Assembly (NCBI GenBank): GCA_951406725.2 | Contig: OX597820.1 | Coordinates: forward strand, 105,090,001-105,154,000 | Source of the DNA: Octopus vulgaris | Lineage: Eukaryota | Reading direction: 5' to 3' | Length of the DNA stretch: 64,000 nucleotides | Shown here: positions 50,422 through 63,440 of the stretch, piece after piece | Numbering within the stretch: the stretch's first letter is position 1 | How the letters are laid out: every line of letters starts with the position of its first letter | The notes under the pieces: generated by a model | Database searches by the model: none | What the model saw: only the letters and a program-made list of their open reading frames with translations | What the model was told of the DNA's origin: nothing | Program-made: the position numbers and the translations under genes

Positions 50422-50580
50422 TTCACAAAACTTTCTGTTATACATCAAATAAGGTGAGAAATTCTGCTTTCTTTCTTTTTTGTTTAATGAATAATAACTC
50501 ATAGCAGTTTTGTTATAGCATAACATTATTCAAATGAATAGTTTTAATGAAAATAACTGGTTTTTATCGTTCATTCCTAG

Positions 50581-51576
50581 ATGGGCCCAAGACCTCGCAT
50601 GACCTTGGAGAGATGGTATGAGGCTCTCTCGTGGCGTGGGAAGCTGTCGGAGGCTGCAATAGCCAGAAAACTTGGTGTAGCCAGGCGCACAATTCAGTGC
50701 TTATTTAAGAAATACGAGGAAACCGGATCAGCAGCTGACAAAAACGGTAGGGGATGGAAGAGGCTGACGACCCAGCGGGAGGACAGGATGCTGATCCGAA
50801 AGTCACTGAACAACCGAAGGGCAACGAGCCGGCAACTGGCGGAGGAGATGCAAAAGGTGACAGGGAAGCAGTTGTCTACAACCACCATCAAGACCAGATT
50901 ACTGGAAGCTGGTCTAAAATCCTGTAGGGCCACCCGTAAGCCGCTCCTTACAGCCCAAAACCGGAAGAGGCGGCTGCTCTGGGCCCGTGCCCACAAGACA
51001 TGGACCGTGCAGCAGTGGCGGACAGTGATGTTCACTGACGAGTCGCGATTCAGTCTCGTCAGTGACAAGTCTGTCCATGTGCGACACCGCAGGGGTGAGC
51101 GCTTCAACAAAGACTGCATTGCTCCCACCATGAAGCATGGGGGGGGGTCTGATGGTGTGGGGGGCGTTCAGCTACAGTGGTGTTGGGCGGCTCTATGCCG
51201 TCGAAGGCAACATCAACGCAGCAAAGTACGTTGAGATAGTACGGAATGCTGCCCTACCCTCTGCGGGATACCTCTTTGGTGGCGAGGAGTACGTGCTCCA
51301 GCAGGACAACGCGCCTCCCCACACAGCCAAGCTCACAACCGGTTTCTTCAAGGACCATGGGGTGATGGTCATGGACTGAACCCTATTGGGAACCTCTGGA
51401 GTCGATTGGGTAGGGATTTGAATGTGCAGCAATACAGGAACCGACACAAGCTGTTTGGGGCACTTCTTGCTGCATGGAGGGGCATGCCTGCACAGTACCT
51501 GCAGGCACTCATAGACAACATGCCAGCCCGCGTAGCAGCTGTCATTGCTGCCAAAGGAGGAGCAACAAGATATTGA
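50581..51576 (+). pseudogene. Tc1 DD34E transposase, disrupted
   Basis: HTH region, GRGWKR linker, KPLL, FTDESRF, KHGGG-MVWG, QQDNAPPH, NPI(G)NLW, AKGGATRY*. Lesions: frameshift at the G-run near 51147, loss of WPxxSPDL near 51378, and catalytic E replaced by G (51388-51390). Confidence 0.96.
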
Positions 51577-51749
51577 CTAAATTTCACGATTAATAACAAT
51601 TATGTGGTATGCTGGGATATGTTTTAATAAACTTTTGATTAAAAACGAGTTAATTTCTGATAAGTTAATTAAATTAAGAAAATGTAAGAAAATGTAGAAA
51701 TTTGAGAAGTGCTAATTAATTTCTGACGCAAGTGTAAGTATATGCATGT

Positions 51750-51915
51750 GTGTGTGTACACACAATAGAATTCTTTGTTTTCATCTACTGAATGCACTTG
51801 CAAAACTTTGCTCAACCCAGGATGTTATTAGAAGACATTTGTCCAAATTACCGCAAAGGGGAACTGAACCCAGAATTATGTGGTTGGGAAATGAACTTAA
51901 CCACACAGCCATGTT
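51750..51915 (-). mobile_element. SINE family A head and body
   Basis: 'gaactgaacccagaattatgtggttgggaa..cttaaccacacagccatg' is the reverse-complemented head. Confidence 0.75.
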
Positions 51916-52552
51916 TGCATGTAATTCAATAACCCTATTTGACTTCCAATAGAATATCAACCTTTTCCATGTATTTAACATCGCCAATTCCTCTTAAACC
52001 ATTTTCAAATCACTAATTCCATAGGAATAAAACACTACCATACCTTTCTCTCTAAAATATATGACTAGCATAATAATCTTAATTTCCAACTGGCTAATTT
52101 TCAATGATGTATTCAAGTACCTAACCAAACAGCCATTTGTTATTCACTGACTTTTACTCAATGGCCTCAATAATCAATAACATCAACTGCATTGTTTTAA
52201 TAAAAGTTAAATAAATCTGTTTCTACTCAGCTGTTTGTTCTCTCTTCAACAGTAATCAGAAAATAACACTCACTCTCACAGACAAATAGTAGTGTGTCTG
52301 TGTGCACGCACACGTGTGCTACAGGAAGACCTTTCTTCTTCTGGGAGCATACAAACTTAATCTGTAGTTCAACTGTTTTAGGCCAACACCACTTAACTTG
52401 GATTTTAGTTTTCCTTTGCAATGAAGAAATATATACACACACAAATAAACACATACACACACATATTCATATTGAAATTATTAACTCCTTAAATAGGCAC
52501 AATGCCACAAATTTGTAAAGTAGAATTGATTGAACTTATCAAATTGGGAGAT

Positions 52553-53350
52553 TATCATTGCCATCATCATAATGATTTTACATTTGTTTTCCCCAAAATT
52601 TGTTTAGGTTGGAATGGTCCTCTCCAGCATAACATCTCACCAATTGTCACAGTCCTTTGTTATCCTCATGTGAGGTTCAACTACCTGAAGTCAGATTTCA
52701 CAACTTCTCATAGCTTCCTTTATCTTTCTGTCTTGCAGGCCCCTTTCACTTGGATCACGTGATATTTCTTGACCTAACAGTCTGCATTGCATCCAAATGC
52801 ACCACATGTTGGCACCAACTCAAAACCTCTCTCTTGAATACTATATCCAATTCCTCTTATATCCAGTTTTCTTCTCAGTTTATGTGAGCTAGGCTGTATA
52901 TACATAACTAACATTACACATCCAGTAAAGCAAGCTTGATTTATTACATTCCAGCCTCTGTAAATTCTTTACATTCAATATCCATGTTTTGTTACCATGC
53001 AATATCACACTCAGTACACAAGCATCAAACAATTTGCTCTTTATTCACAGAGAGAAACCTCTGGTGACAGTCAAGGTGATAGTTCATTTCTCCCCTCCTG
53101 TTTTATTCTGCTGCAATGCTTTCAAGACACTCACTTCCACCTTGAATTAGGTCACCTAAGTAACAGCCTTTTGAATATTTTAAAGAATCTAGCTAACTAC
53201 TAACCACACCTGCTATGTATAAAATCCCTCTTTTATGTCAACCTGTTTGTGAAGCCACCGGGTCTCTTACGCACCCATAGTTTACACCATATAGCATTCT
53301 TATCTACTTCTTTTCTGCATATTAAAGCCTAGCTGACTCTCAGATATCTG
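52553..53350 (-). mobile_element. Old RTE-like LINE fragment
   Basis: (cat)n start and diverged similarity to 17480-17760 and 13330-13740; no open frame. Confidence 0.5.
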
Positions 53351-54062
53351 TAGGGTCCTGTTTTCTTTAACCTTTTTGTTACCATATTTCTACTGAAATA
53401 CACTGCCTTTGATTTGTTTCAATTAATTTTGAAAATAAAGAATTTATTAAAATATCTGTCATTATTAAGCTGATGTTTGGAACATAAATTAACATAACAT
53501 TTTGATAGATGGTTTTAATTTAAATTGCTTGAAAAAAAAAAAAAGGCTTGTATCATAGTACTAAAAGTAGTTTCACACAAGTTGATATGAGATGGATTAA
53601 TGTTAACTGAAACTTTTATCTTTGCAAGGTTTACTTTAAATCCTCTTGATTTTAGGTATTGCTTCCGCATTTACAAATTCAGTTTTTTCTGTAATTCTGA
53701 CAGACTCAGTTATGAGAACTAGGTCACAGGCATAGAGATGCTCTAGATCATTGGCATGTATATCAGAGATGTACTTCTAAAAATAAACAGGACATAACTA
53801 AAGCTATACAATTATTTTGAATTGCTTGATTTCTATTTTATATTTTTGAAAGGAATTGTAAAAAAAAAAAACATGTTACAACTTTAACAAAACTGACTTC
53901 CAATAAAAGTGAAATTTTCAATTTTCCTGTTTTCAATGTTTTGCACAATATACAAAAAGAAAAGGATTTCTCTTTGGTGAAACTTGATAAATAGCATGTA
54001 GTACAATATAATGTAAAAGAAATAAGATGTCGTCATTTAATGTTGAGCTTTCATGTTGGCAT

Positions 54063-54302
54063 GGAGGTGCGTGGCTTAGTGGTAAGGGTGTCAGCACCAT
54101 GATCGTATCATTGTTGTTTTGATTCCTGGACCATGCGACGTGTTGTGTTCTTGAACAAAACACTTCATTTCACATTGCTCCAGTCCACTCAGCTGGCAAA
54201 AATTAGTAACGCTGCGATGGACTGGCATCCCGTCCAGCTGGGGAACACATACACCATTGAAACCAGGTCCATGAGCCTGGCTAGGCTTTAAAAGGGCGCA
54301 TT
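54063..54302 (+). mobile_element. tRNA-derived SINE family D
   Basis: A-box TGGCTTAGTGG, B-box-like GTTTTGATTCC, 'ctgcgatggactggcatcccgtccag'; paralogue of 46608. Confidence 0.8.
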
Positions 54303-55504
54303 CATTATTTATATTTCATGTTGGCACAAGCTGAACAGTTTGACAGGATCCAACAAGTCGAAGGGCTGTGACAAGTTTCAATGTCTGGGTGCCCTGCCTA
54401 ATACCAGCCACTTTACTGAGTGTATTACATGCTTTTTTTCATGGCACCAGCACTGTTGAGATTATTAAATAACTTTGCAAAACTAAAATGCTGCTTCCAC
54501 TGAGTGGAAACATAGTATTGAGGGAGGTAGCTTTTTGCTGGGTGTTGAGAGGCTAAAGTATGATAGAGGGACAGAAACTTGTGCCTTCCAGTAGAGGAGA
54601 TACATGATTATCTTACATTATATATAGGTGAGTGAGAATAGCTGGAAAGAGAGTGAAAATGGCAGAATGAAAATTATTTTAATCTAAAATTAACCAACAT
54701 TCTTTGCTTTAACAGAGCAGACCAATCCCAAAATTGCATTCAGTCATTTCATCAATTTCATCCAAATAACAAGCAGACAAATATTAAGTACAGATGTTTC
54801 ATCCATAAATATATATTTGTAAGTCAGTCCGAAAGAACATCTGTTTAAATATGCAGTTATGCAGGACAAACACTTCTTTGAAACTGAATGCATAAGGATT
54901 TTGTGTCTGTATCAGATATTTCATTTATCTAATTATATACTTGTGGATGTGAGGGGTGAGAGAGAGAAAGAGATTCTATGTGCAAAAATAAGGTGCATGA
55001 AAAACAGAGATAGTGAGGAAGTATACATACATGTGACTGCATACATTACATTACATGCCTATGTGTATTTATGTACAGGATAGAGGAGAGAGTGGGAAAG
55101 ATGGATGCAATGTTTGCAAAAAAAAATAAAATAAAACAATTGAAGTACCTTTAATAACAGAAGTATTTTGTATCAACAAGTAAAACAAAATTGTGTGTTG
55201 TTTTTGTAACAACTAAAAAATATTCACTTCAAATGCATCAAATATATTCCACTAAACATCTCAAATTCATAACTGAATTTGAAATTATATCTATAAATGC
55301 TGTTTGAAAACAAGTTTCCTTTATATTTCAGTGTTTACCCTATGTTCAGTATCATATAAAATAAAATACCCATCAAAATGTCCAATCCATGCCAGTAGGA
55401 AAAGTGGATGTAAAATGATAACAACAATGATAATAATGATGTATATCACGAAATTATCCATCTCTATCAACACAAAAACTATGATGATGATGATGACCAC
55501 TATG

Positions 55505-55722
55505 AAATATTGGTTTCAAATTTTGGCACAAAGCCAACAATTTCAGGGATGAGGGATTGGTCGATTGCATCAGCCCCAGTACTCAACAAGTACTTATTTC
55601 ATCAGTCCTGAAAGGAAGAATGGTAAAGTTGACCTCAGCAGAATTTGAACTTAGAACATAAAGATGGATGAAATGTTGCTAAGCATCTTTCCCAGAGTGC
55701 TAATGATTCTGCCAGCTCACCT
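55505..55722 (-). mobile_element. SINE family B, complete
   Basis: Minus strand 'ggtgagctggcagaatcattagcac..ttctaagttcaaattctgctgaggtcaacttt..ttgtgccaaaatttgaaacc'. Confidence 0.85.
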
Positions 55723-57629
55723 TTATGAAATATTATAAAATAAACAGTGCCTCAATGTGCCTTGGAACCTATAACCCAAGCTTCATTTATATTGATTGAT
55801 ACTACCAAATCCTCTTCGGACAATGATGAACGCTCTGCTTCTTATGACTCTTCCCTCTTCTGATGTCTACGGATTTAGCATTACCATATTTCTATACAAA
55901 TACACCACGTTTTTTTTAAAATAATTTTGAAAATAATAAAGAATCTTGTTAAATAACTTTGTTATTTTACAAGACAATTGTTTAGTATTTTTACTTAAGC
56001 TAATGTTTAGAACATAATTTAAAATGAAATTTTGATGGGATTTAATTTAGATAATTTTAAAACATGAGTTTGCGTCATTTAAGAAGGGGCAATTTCAGGT
56101 GGGTTGGTATTAAAAGGCACAAGGGTTCATTGTTATTAGCCTTATTATAGCTTTAAAGTATAATGGCCAAATGGGTAAGTTATAAAGAAAGAATCACAAA
56201 CCCTAGCCATAAACAAACAAAATATTTGACTAAAAAATGCATTACAAAAATGATTCACAATTAATTAAAAAGATTAACATTTAACAAAAAATTAGGTCTG
56301 TTTTTGTTTTTTAAAAATAAAACAATCTTTTAAAATTAAGAAAAAATGGTTAAGAGAAGGAAGAGAGAAAAGTTAGAAAATTCTAAAAACTACACAAAAG
56401 AATATGTTGACGCAATTAAGTAAGTCAAAGAAGATATTAGTCATCTTGTTCATGAATTTATTGGCCAAAAGAAAGACATTGTTTGATGGCTTTGTGTTGA
56501 AAACTTACATAAAATACAACTTCAGTTCATTTCTGGTCTTCCATGAAAAACATGTCTGGCCATGGGGAAATTTTACATGAGTTTTCTTTTCTTTTTTTTT
56601 TTGTTCATTTTTTTAATATTTATGATGTGAGTTATTTCTAGTATTGCTGAGACTCATTGGGCTTCATTTGATTTTACTGAGGGGAAGTCAGAATTGGTTT
56701 CTGGTTTTAATGTTGAGCATGGCGTAGTTGGTTTTGCAATTGTTATTTCTGGCTGAATATGAGAATATTTTGTATATGAGATTTTTGTGTGGTGTCTTGT
56801 TCTTTGGTGAGTGGAGTTTGGTTATTTCTATATCATTACCTTGCTTGGAAACAAGTGAGGGATAGTGACAGGGAGGGCATCCAGCTGTAGAGCATCTGCC
56901 TCAACAAATTCCACCTAACCTATGAACACATGGGATGGTAGGTGTTAAAATGATGAAATGATGATGAAAGGTACAGTTGGCCTCAGTGAGATTTGAACTC
57001 AGAGCACAGAGAGCCAGAACAAATGTCCTACACTTTCATGATTTTGCTAGTTCACCAAACTTACAGTATTTGGTCATGTCTGTTTATGCTCTGACTCAAA
57101 TCCCACAAGGTCAACTTAGCCATTCATCTTTGAGGAGTTGACAAAATAAGAACCATGCAAGTTGATTAATGAAGCTGATTTCATCAACTACACCTACTCC
57201 CAAAATTAGAGACATTGAGTCTATGTAAGGAATCAATTATACTAGCTGACAGGGTGGTAGAAATGATAGAGTGCCAGATAGTATTTAGGCACATTTTTCA
57301 TGTTCTGGGTTCAAATCCAACCAGGGTCAATTTTTCTCTTCATTGCTTCAGGTTTGTTAAAAGGAACAACAGTCATATACTAACCTCAATTCAGTCAGCT
57401 ATAGTCTGCCTCCAACGTTATTTGTAGTTCTGTGCCAAAGTGAAAAACCATAATCACTATTAATGTTCTTATTTCAGTTGCTAACCTGGATCTTTTAAAC
57501 TGATTCATGTCATATTCCTAGCAATAACATCTGTTAATTCTTCCCAGATCTTATTTTAAAAAGAGTTATACCCAGTGAGATACAAACAGATTGTTGTTTT
57601 TTCTTCATCTACCAGAATAATAATAAACA

Positions 57630-58078
57630 TCACTTCCCATCCATGTTTGGTTTCAGATTCAGTCCCACTGTGTATCACCTTGGGCAAGTATCATCTATCT
57701 TGGGCTGACCAAAGCCTTGTGAGTGGATTGTGCAGATGGAAACTGAAAGAAACCTGCCATATATGTGTGTTTCTCCTTGTTTTGACATCACATGGCGGTT
57801 GTAAATGAGTATCACCTTTCTAAAGGCTGTGTCGTTCATTTCCAATCTTCTGTGAAAACATATCCTGTCATAGGAAAATAATACCTTGCTTGGAAACAGG
57901 TGAGGGTTAGCAACAGGAAAGACATTTGGCCACAGAAAACCTTCCTCTTGCCAACCCATATCTATTTCCAAGCAAGGTAATATTTCCCCAAGGCTGGACA
58001 TGCATAAGACAGACAATGAATTGTGTCCAACTCATGCAAGTATGGACTCATGTATTTTAAAATAAAGATGATGATGAT
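57630..58078 (+). mobile_element. SINE family A with an internal inverted segment
   Basis: Standard body and tail, with 57940-58002 the reverse complement of 57859-57921. Confidence 0.8.
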
Positions 58079-58084
58079 TAAATG

Positions 58085-58830
58085 TCATTGTCATCATCGT
58101 TTAACGTCTGCTTTCCATGCTGGTATGGGTTGGATGGTTTGACTGGGATCTGACAAGCCAGAAGGCTGCACCAGGCTCCAGTCTGATCTGGCAAAGTTTC
58201 TACAGTTGGATGCCCTTCCTAACACCAACCACTCTGAGAATGTAACAGGTGCTTTTTATGTACCACTAGCACGAGGGCCAGTCAGGCGGTACTGGCATTG
58301 ACCACGCTTGAATGGTGCTTTTTACATACCACTGGCATGGGACCAGTCAGACGGCACTGGCATCAACCACGCTCGAATGGTGCTTTTTATGTGCCACCAG
58401 CATGGGTGCCAGTTGGGCAGTACTGTCATCGGCCATGACAATGACTTCACTTGACTCAACAGGTCTTCGCAAGTGCAGTTTATTGCCCAATGATTGAAGG
58501 GTACTCTTAAATGGGCCAGTTATGTTGCACTGGCACAAGCCATGGTTATGGTCTCACTTGGCTAGCTGGATCTTTTCAAGCACAGCATATCTCCAAAGGT
58601 CTCAGTCACTTGTCATCACCTCCACGAAGCCCAACATTCGAAGGTCATGCTTCACCACCTCATCCCAAGTTTTCCGGGGTCTACCTCTTCCACAGGTTCC
58701 CTCTAATGCTAGGGTGTGACACTTTTTCACACAGCTATTCTCATCCATATGCAACACATGACCATACCAGTGCAGTCGTGTCTCTTGTACACCATATCTG
58801 ATGCTTCTTATGTTCAACTTTTGGATATAA
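58085..58830 (-). mobile_element. RTE-clade LINE 3' end (ORF C-terminus plus 3'UTR)
   Basis: RLHWYGHVLHMD..GTCGRGRPRKTWDEVVKHDL is the typical RTE C-terminal motif; (GAT)n-type tail. Confidence 0.92.
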
Positions 58831-61800
58831 TGTGAGAAAGATAAATCACCCACCCCAACTTAACTGTGCATTACTCCTCTTGATTTTTATATTTCAATTC
58901 TCCAAGTCACTGGATTATACAAAAAAAATTCCATTTTCTTTTGGTATTTCGTCTCATTCAAACCCAGTTGACATCATGAGAGAGTAAATTATGCAGGATG
59001 TGTGGAGAGAGTAATTTCTCAAGATGTTGTTTAGTGAAGAATGAAGTGAAGCAAGAAATAAGCTTGAAGAAGAATTTGAAACTGAAATCAATATAGGAAT
59101 TAAAGTAGATGAAAACACAGAAACATGAAGGGTAAAAATTGATAACATGAGTTACTTTCCGCAGTCGCATTTTGACAAGCAGAATAAATATTTATATATA
59201 TTTATTTACACTTTTCAGAGAGATTAGTCAGAAATTAGTGTATTTGGGACTGTATTTTCATACATTTTTTTTTAGAGAGGGAGTGGGTGTAAGATTCTAG
59301 AGATTAAACTAGAGTAATGTGTTGTTGGAGAGATATCAGTTTAGCTAGGACTCATTCCCAATGAATTGGTCATAGGCAAAATAATTCAGAAAATACTCAT
59401 AAGCTCTGACAGATGTCAGAGAGAATGTACTGAATTTAGCATGGGGCAGAGAAAGAAATCAAGGGGTGGAGGTGTGGGAGTGTTCAAAAGTTGATAACTT
59501 TCATTTCAGAGAGTAGTGGGAGTGGAATCTATAGCATTCTGGAAAATAGTATCAGACAAAGACAGAAAGTAAACAAAGAGATAGGAAAGAAAAAGAATTT
59601 CTTGTTTTTCTTTCCTAACTTCCTTTGTAGATTCAAGAAATTACTGCCAAATTCTAAAATGTCATCAGCATTTATATATTAAGATGAAAATATTTGAAGG
59701 TGTATAAAACTTAGTAGCAGCTGTCTTTTTAGTAACAAAAAAAATACAATTAAATGGAAAAGAGAATAAAGTGGTAGATGAATACTAAATTAAAAATAAC
59801 AAACAAAAGAAAAAAGAGAGACTTACTGAATGGGGAATAGAATGCTAGCAGTTAATTTAATTGCTGTGGAAAAGCTATCTTTCCTACCATTTTGAGTTAC
59901 TGTGTGAATATCATTACCATTTTATTTTTTTTTTATCTTTCCTACATATGAAGATCGCCAAAGACTACCAGTACCCATGTTTACCAATACATGGTAAAGG
60001 AGAAGAAATGAAAAAAAAAAAATCAATAAAAAAGCAAAAATGCCAAGAAAGAAGATTGAAGAAATTGCTAACTTCCAAAAAAATATTCCAGACACAAAGC
60101 CCCTGATGCCAATAGCAAAATAAATAAAAAAAATAAATAAATAAAAACATTGGAAGAAGTTAGGTTAATTTAAGAAAATGGTGATATTTATTGCATGACC
60201 TTCATATCACAATGGAAATCTCTCTTGCAATGAAGCATGCCATTCTTCATCAGAATTTCTTCAAGAGTTAGAAGAAATTAGAAAAGGAACTTCAGCTATA
60301 GTTACTCACTAAACTACTGTTCAGAAATTCAGTTAATTGAGATTTTTTTTTTTTATGCCACTTAGTACATTACTTTTTAACTTATTTAAATTCTTGCCAT
60401 TAGTTCACTTGAGTTATTTTCCTTAGCTCATTTTATGCTAGTACTGACCAAAAATCTTTACCTATATGTAAAACCTAGTGTCAACTTATCAAAGTAGGTT
60501 CAAGTAGACAAGCTATACTGATGAGGCCCAACAAGACAGAAAACATGTCATGTGCTAACTTTAAACTGAAATTGTTTCCCTTGATCTCTTAGGTTCACTA
60601 ACGATGACTCACTAATGGGTCACTAATTACGTTTCTGGTATTCTTTCTCCAACTGAGAAGGAAATTTCCATAGAGAAATATTTATGTACATCACATATTT
60701 GAGTTATTTTTCATAGCATTGTCTGATTTTGTTTTCATTTTTTAATTATAGCTTCGCTTTAACCAACATTGTTTATAAAATCTAAGAATATTTTTGTTAC
60801 TACAGATAGAAATAAGCATAGGCATATGTGTAGCAATTATAATTATATATACATGTGTGTGTGTGTGTGTGAATATCCAGGTAACAGCAATTACCTTAAC
60901 GTGTAAAAATGGAGGATACAGACATATGTGTTGCAATTATATGCCTGTGAACAGCAATACCACTAGTTTATGTCGAAAAATAAGTGAAGGATGGGGTGAT
61001 GGAGATGAAAACAATTGTTTATCTATTACACTGATTATCTTTGGAATTAAAAATTAACATTTTTTACCTAACAAACAATAGGAAAAGTTATTGATTGCTT
61101 ATAAATCAATAACATCTTGATTAAACTAGATGACTTTTGGCAAGATAAATACAATACTTGCGCAAAACTAACAAAACAGCACCTGCAACAATATACAAAT
61201 CCACAAGCCATACCTCATTGTACCAATCAAGAGAAATAAATTATTTCCTTCATTTAGCTTCCAGTATGAGGTTTCCAATGATGGTAGAGAGATAAGTGTA
61301 TTATTTATGTCCAAAGACAGACAAAAAAGCAAGTTCGAGCACACTATTTGTAATTTATTTGTCAAGACAATAATAAGAATTATGAAAAAAGCTAATTTAT
61401 TCCACAACACTCTCCAGAATTTAGACTTGTTTATTACAGCATAAGTTGTCTTTTCACTCTGCTATTTCAATCATACACGGAAACAGTTAAGAATTCATTG
61501 AAAGTACAAAATGCAATGAATATCAAATTGTGTGGCATTCCAATTTTCCTTTTAATGCCAACCTTGAGGCCACCCTTGGTTCTATGATACAAACTTCCTG
61601 CTTTAAAGTGATCTAAATTAAAACCATTCATCAAAATTTCATGTCAATTTATGTTCCAAACACCAGGTTAATAATGACAAAGATTTTTTTACTTCCTTGC
61701 TATTGAATCCAACTCTTAAAAAACTCCCTATAGAAAATACTGGTCAAGATGTATGTGTAAGCCCATTCAGGAATACCAAATAAGGAGCTATATGTTATTA

Positions 61801-62336
61801 AAAAACAAATTATATTGGATTTAATAGAGAGGAAGTCAAAAATTGAATATTAGATATTTAAGCAGCCAAGTCTTTTAATGTTTTTAGTCTTGATCCTAAT
61901 AATTGTGAGTGGAAGAATGAATATACAAATGCCTAAATAATAACGATAAGAAACAATTCTATGTATATTTTAAATGTCTTTTTGTTTATTTTTATTTCAC
62001 TTTAAATTTCACCTACTGAAGAGTACAAATTCAACCTTTATGATGTTCTCTTTATGGAATTTTTGGTCCTTTTGCCGAAACAATTGTCTGAGAATATGAA
62101 ATAAAATCATAATCCATTTTAACATCCAATCTGCTTCATTTCATTTATTTGAAGAAATTTTTTGAACTTCGTTTTAAGACTGATATTGATTATTTCTTCA
62201 CATACTTTTCATACCTATATGATTTAAAAGTTCGTAGATAATGTATGATGAAAAGACATTAGAAATCTATGGAAAAAATTCCTATAAAAGGATGAAGACA
62301 AATTCAATTCATCCGGATAAATATATAATATATATA

Positions 62337-63440
62337 TCAGGCTGAGTAAAATGTGAGCAATGTTTTGAAATATGAAATTCATCACAATATATTTCAACAA
62401 TGTGAACATTTTCTTCATCAAAATAAGTACCATTACAATCAACAGATATTTGCCAACGAGTTACAAATTTGGAGTTCTGGAGCTGATGAACTCTTTGAAC
62501 GCACTGTCAGTATCAGTTTGATTTTTGAACTCCTTCTCTTGCAGGAAACCATGAAGGTGCTTGAAAAAGTGGTGTCTGTAGGAGAAAGGTCTGGAGAATA
62601 AGCTGAGTGGAGAAGAACTTCGTATCCAAGTTCTCTCAGCTTCTGGAGTGTCATTAGTGAAACATGTGGTCAAGCATTGTCATGAAGAATGATTGGCCTC
62701 CTTCTGTTGACCAGTCTAGGATGGAGGAGTAGCAGTTTTTCATTTAATTTGGCAATTTCATGGCAATATGTTTCTGCAGTAATGGTTTTTCTGGATTTTA
62801 AGAAATTATAATAGATGATTCCAGCAGTACACCACCAAACAGTCACCATAACCTTCTTTTTGAAGAGCTCAGGTTTAGCAAAGGTTTTCAATGCTTCATT
62901 CTGGTCCAACCACTGAGAAGAACATTTTTTATTATAGTACAGAATCCACTTTTCATCACAAGTTACAATACGGTTGAGAAATGGATCAGTTTAGTTACGG
63001 AGAAGAAACAACAAGCAAATTTCATGTCTGCGCATTTTCTGATTTTCATTCAAATCATGTGGTACTCATTTATCAAGCTTTTTTGATTTTCCGATTGCAT
63101 GCAAATAATTGCAGGCAGTTTTCTGGCTAATTTGAAGTTCTTTTGCCAGTTCTCGAGAGGTTTTATGAGTATCTTTCTCATAATTGACCGTCATTGATGA
63201 CAGATGGGCATCCACTCCGCTCAGTCTTCAAGGTTCAGGTCTCCACTGCAAAATGGTTTAAACCATTTTCAAGTTGATCACCTACTGGTCCTTTCCTGAC
63301 CAAACGTTTCGTTGATATCACAAGCAGTTTCAGCTGATTTACGTCCTTTTTTTTTAAAGTTGAATAGCAAAATTGCTCGAATATTGCACTTTGACAGTTC
63401 CATTTCAGATGAGTGTAACAATGGTGAAAAAAAATATCAA
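62337..63440 (-). mobile_element. Mariner (DD34D) transposon, decayed, one end missing
   Basis: TA-TCAGGCTGAGTAAAA putative terminus at 62337; the matching TIR was not found because a SINE fragment follows ~63460. Confidence 0.85.
62414..63403 (-). pseudogene. Mariner transposase pseudogene
   Basis: MELSKCNIRAILLFNFK..KWFKPFCSGDLNLED, VTCDEKWILY, KVMVTVWW, ILHDNA, YSPDLSPTD, RWQISVDCNGTYFD; many stops and frameshifts. Confidence 0.93.

Larger units (their letters stand above)
50029..51734 (+). mobile_element. Full-length Tc1-family DNA transposon (1706 bp)
   Basis: 26-bp TIRs cactaccgtcggaaattaattagcac / cacttgcgtcagaaattaattagcac (23/26), TA on both sides (50027-50028, 51735-51736), internal transposase. 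Confidence 0.97.

Noticed and set aside
50694-51599. Minus-strand ORFs over the Tc1 transposase
   Set aside because: Antisense shadows of a GC-rich coding sequence.
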